DNA from: an uncultured Candidatus Saccharibacteria bacterium
GTDB lineage: Bacteria > Patescibacteriota > Saccharimonadia > Saccharimonadales > Saccharimonadaceae
Reading direction: 5' to 3'
NCBI GenBank assembly: GCA_963549225.1
Contig: CAUUWX010000002.1
Coordinates: 115,319-179,318 of the forward strand
Length of the DNA stretch: 64,000 nucleotides
Positions 61,142-64,000 of this stretch are shown here, piece after piece (positions within the stretch are counted from its first letter, which is position 1; each line of letters starts with the position of its first letter). The notes below the pieces were generated by a model. The model did not search any database. It was not told where the DNA came from and saw only the letters and a list, made by a program, of their open reading frames with translations. The translations under genes were made by a program, and so were the position numbers.

Positions 61142-61546
61142 TTACGCAAACGGATTATACCGAGCTGGCGGTTCCTTAAAGACAATTCGGCCTTTCGCGT
61201 TAGTAGAATTACCAGACTGCCGAGAGCTGGTAGATGAATGTTGAGAACCAGTAGAGGACTGTTGAGAGCTACCAGGCTGCACGCGATTGAGCTGGCGATT
61301 TTGCCCAGGCATCGCCGTACCGCTGCCGCTGCTAACATCACTGCCGCCAACCCGCTGGCTACTGCCAATACTGGAATTTGCCGACATTGAATCGCCGTAC
61401 CCCTTTATGTATTGGCGGTCTACGTTATGAGTGCGATTCGCAGACGCCATTCTGGTCGTACCGTACGTTTGCGCACTGGCTGCGTGATTAGACATCAGCC
61501 TGCTTAATAACTGGCGCGACATTCGCGGCCTACCGCTTGCATCCAT
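61142..61546 (-). CDS. Low-complexity S/Q/R-rich hypothetical protein
   Basis: GGGGG SD-like run before ATG 61546. Ends FKEPPARYNPFA. Confidence 0.6.
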   Translation of the reverse strand: MDASGRPRMSRQLLSRLMSNHAASAQTYGTTRMASANRTHNVDRQYIKGYGDSMSANSSIGSSQRVGGSDVSSGSGTAMPGQNRQLNRVQPGSSQQSSTGSQHSSTSSRQSGNSTNAKGRIVFKEPPARYNPFA

Positions 61547-61574
61547 ATATCCCCCTGTTTGCAATGTATAATAA

Positions 61575-61651
61575 TGGTGCCCCGAGTAGGATTCGAACCT
61601 ACGGCCTTGAGCTTAGAAGTCTCCTGCTCTATCCAGCTGAGCTATCAGGGC
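61575..61651 (-). tRNA. tRNA-Arg (TCT)
   Basis: GCCCTGA/TCGGGGC-A-CCA, D-arm GCTC/GAGC, loop CT-TCT-AA, GTTCGAAT. Anticodon stem has two mismatches. Confidence 0.9.
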
Positions 61652-61693
61652 GTGTTTTCATTATATCATCTTTCTGCTACAATAGAACACACT

Positions 61694-61768
61694 GCGGGTG
61701 TAGTACAGCGGCTAGTATGCAAGTTTTCCAAACTTGAGATGGGAGTTCGATTCTCCCCACCCGCACCA
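61694..61768 (+). tRNA. tRNA-Gly (TCC)
   Basis: GCGGGTG/CACCCGC-A-CCA. Anticodon arm CAAGT-TT-TCC-AA-ACTTG. Confidence 0.95.
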
Positions 61769-61778
61769 GGAGATTATC

Positions 61779-62285
61779 TTGCCTAGCTTTTTTAAGCGCC
61801 ATAGATTTTTAATTATTGTTATAGTTGCTATTGTTTTTATATATCTCGCAGCAGGTTTAGTGATTGTTCTCTTACGCCCTATGCCCGACAGCGAAGAACT
61901 TACAGCCTATCGATTAAATTTACCAAACCATATACGCGTAAAAAATGAAAAATTTGTCCGTATCTACGACAATTATAAGTCTGGGCATATTGAATATCGG
62001 ATTTGGCTTTCAAGCGGCGTTATGGTCGCTGAAAAAAAGAAATCGCCGCTTCGCACCTTAAACTGCTCCCAGAAAAATAAAGATAAAAACTGCCAAAATC
62101 TCACTACTGGAGATGACACGCAGATTCAACTCACTCAAAACAGCGAATCTTCAGATTTAACAATTCGCGCGATTAAACATGACACCGAATTCTTCCTTAT
62201 CATTCCGCAGCATCTGCGCCAAGCACATAATAACATTAATTGGCAGCAGGTTTTCACCGATATGCCCGCAGCTAACGCTAACTAG
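61779..62285 (+). CDS. Membrane-anchored hypothetical protein
   Basis: TTG start with AGGAG SD abutting the tRNA-Gly CCA. N-terminal TM, Cys pair. Confidence 0.65.
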   Translation: MPSFFKRHRFLIIVIVAIVFIYLAAGLVIVLLRPMPDSEELTAYRLNLPNHIRVKNEKFVRIYDNYKSGHIEYRIWLSSGVMVAEKKKSPLRTLNCSQKNKDKNCQNLTTGDDTQIQLTQNSESSDLTIRAIKHDTEFFLIIPQHLRQAHNNINWQQVFTDMPAANAN

Positions 62286-62339
62286 TTAAAGTGTTTATGC
62301 TATAATAAGTAAGTTGTTATTTAATCTATAAAGGGCATC

Positions 62340-64000
62340 ATGGATCTATATTCTTACACCGATACACCGAAATATCAGCCTCAAGACATCGAGGACGCAT
62401 CAGAATTTTATAATTTGATTGAACGCAGCAGCCTAACGCATCAGCTGTCAGAGACGCGGCCATACGTTTACTGGACAATGGAGATTTACGACAAAGCCAA
62501 TGGAATTAAGGGCGGCGGCGGCCTCGGTGTTTTGGCGGCTGATACCCGGCGCGTGGCTGAAAAACTGGAAGTACCGTTCGTGGTGGTAACGCCGTTTTAT
62601 CGCAGCGAGTCGCACCAAAAAATTGATGATTTGTCGCAGAATGAATATTCGGAAAAGGTTTCGCCGCAAGATTACGGTTTTGAATACATTGACGAAGTTA
62701 CTGTCAGTTCGGCAGGCTTCCCCGATTCAAGTTTGAGTATTTTCAGAAAAACGCTCGGTTCGACGCAATTTATCACAATGTCAGAACCAAACTTTGGACA
62801 GTTATACGAGGGTGACGGCTCTGGCGATCACCGGCTATATCAAGAAGTGGCGCTGGGTTTCGGCGGCTACAAGGCGCTGAAACTGGTCGGTATTAAACCA
62901 GCGGTCATCCAGCTGAACGAAACGGCAACTATTTTCGCAGCGCTAGCACGGCTGGACGAACTGTGCGCAAACGGCATGAATTTATATGAAGCCATAGTTT
63001 ATGTTCGCAAACATACGCTGTACACTAACCATACATTATTGCAAGCTGCCGAGCCAGAGTTCAATCGTTCGCAATTTGAAAAACTAGTTTTACCAAACCT
63101 AAAAAGCAACGCCGTACGCTGCTGGCTAATGGAACAGTTCCGCAATGACCGCTTGCGGCCGAATTTACTAGCTATTGAACTGACCGAGGCAAAAAATGGC
63201 GTCAGCAAACTACATGCTCGCGTAGCTGATTTTCGCGATCGCAACAATGATAAAGTTAAATTCCAAGCAATCACTAATGGCATCGACATGGAAACGTGGG
63301 TACTGCCAGAAATCATGAATACTTATTACAGCCAAAACGTCATCGATAAGTTTGGCTTGCCAACAGAAGAGTTCAAAGAACAAATTGATAAAATTGATGC
63401 GCCAGCCATTCGCCAGCTGAAAAGACTTGGACGCCAGGAACTGAATAGGGTTCTAGCAACGCGCAAAGATCAGTATAATGAACCAGTACAAATTCCCGAA
63501 GACGCGGTGCTGTTTGATTTCAAGCGGCGATTCGCCAACTATAAACGCCCGTATATGGCGTTTGAACAGCCGGAAACTCTGCGCCAGATTTTAATCAACC
63601 ATAATGCGCATTATATTTTAGCTGGTAAAGTCCACCAAGGCGACACAGCTATGTACCAGCGACTACTTAGCATCCTAAAGCTCGTTGACGGCGATCCAGT
63701 TTTACGCGAGCGTGTCCATTATATCCAGGACTATGACGAAGAACTGGGCCGAGCTTTGGCAATCGGTTCAGACATTGCGATTAACGTGCCGATGATCGGA
63801 CTGGAGGCTTGCGGCACGTCATGGGAAAAAGATATTGCCAATCTTAAGCTGCTTATTTCTACCAGCGATGGCGGCGTTGCAGATGTCAAGCCAATTGCTT
63901 GCCTGGAAGTGTCGGGTAATAATTACGATGCTGAAGTATCCTCGTTGTATGTCAATATGCTAAAAGCTGCTGCTGCCGTTAAGAACGACCAATTGTTAGA
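62340..64000 (+). CDS. glgP: Alpha-glucan (glycogen/maltodextrin) phosphorylase, 3'-partial
   Basis: Read manually from ATG 62340: WTMEIY, GGGGLGVLAAD, QLNE, YTNHT, NGVSKLH, ITNG, RRFANYKRP, AGKVH, EACGTS. Absent from the ORF track because no stop lies in the window. Confidence 0.88.
   Translation, partial: MDLYSYTDTPKYQPQDIEDASEFYNLIERSSLTHQLSETRPYVYWTMEIYDKANGIKGGGGLGVLAADTRRVAEKLEVPFVVVTPFYRSESHQKIDDLSQNEYSEKVSPQDYGFEYIDEVTVSSAGFPDSSLSIFRKTLGSTQFITMSEPNFGQLYEGDGSGDHRLYQEVALGFGGYKALKLVGIKPAVIQLNETATIFAALARLDELCANGMNLYEAIVYVRKHTLYTNHTLLQAAEPEFNRSQFEKLVLPNLKSNAVRCWLMEQFRNDRLRPNLLAIELTEAKNGVSKLHARVADFRDRNNDKVKFQAITNGIDMETWVLPEIMNTYYSQNVIDKFGLPTEEFKEQIDKIDAPAIRQLKRLGRQELNRVLATRKDQYNEPVQIPEDAVLFDFKRRFANYKRPYMAFEQPETLRQILINHNAHYILAGKVHQGDTAMYQRLLSILKLVDGDPVLRERVHYIQDYDEELGRALAIGSDIAINVPMIGLEACGTSWEKDIANLKLLISTSDGGVADVKPIACLEVSGNNYDAEVSSLYVNMLKAAAAVKNDQLL

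Overview
Chromosomal window from a small-genome bacterium, almost certainly Saccharibacteria (TM7, Patescibacteria/CPR). This is inferred from the gene complement: C-terminally truncated AlaRS, an FtsA-like + baseplate-J-like pair, DUF348/G5 proteins, a PilB-like ATPase, an SbcB and dense packing. Standard genetic code (TGA used as stop). Most genes are on the minus strand. They cover DNA repair/replication (uvrA, uvrB, pcrA, sbcB, dnaE), translation (rplY, rpsP, alaS, metG, gatCAB, mnmA/iscS, rsmA, TrmH-family, obgE), glycolysis (pyk, pgk, tpiA), galU, folD, a partial glucan phosphorylase, cell-wall enzymes (MltG, LysM-CHAP, Rpf), three sortase-type surface proteins, a two-component pair and five tRNAs (Glu, His, Lys, Arg, Gly). 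No CRISPR array, integrase, transposase or prophage was seen. Most notable: (1) a self-contained orphan cassette at 33.4-33.9 kb with its own promoter, alternative 5' hairpins, nested Shine-Dalgarno starts and a large 3' RNA structure; (2) a structured 5' leader plus an operator palindrome ahead of the LysM-CHAP gene; (3) an in-frame palindromic insertion in mnmA; (4) a membrane-anchored HEPN-motif gene embedded in gatCAB; (5) an FtsA-like/baseplate-J-like/YqgF/MltG operon; (6) pervasive leaderless gene starts. All product calls are from motif recognition, not database searches.
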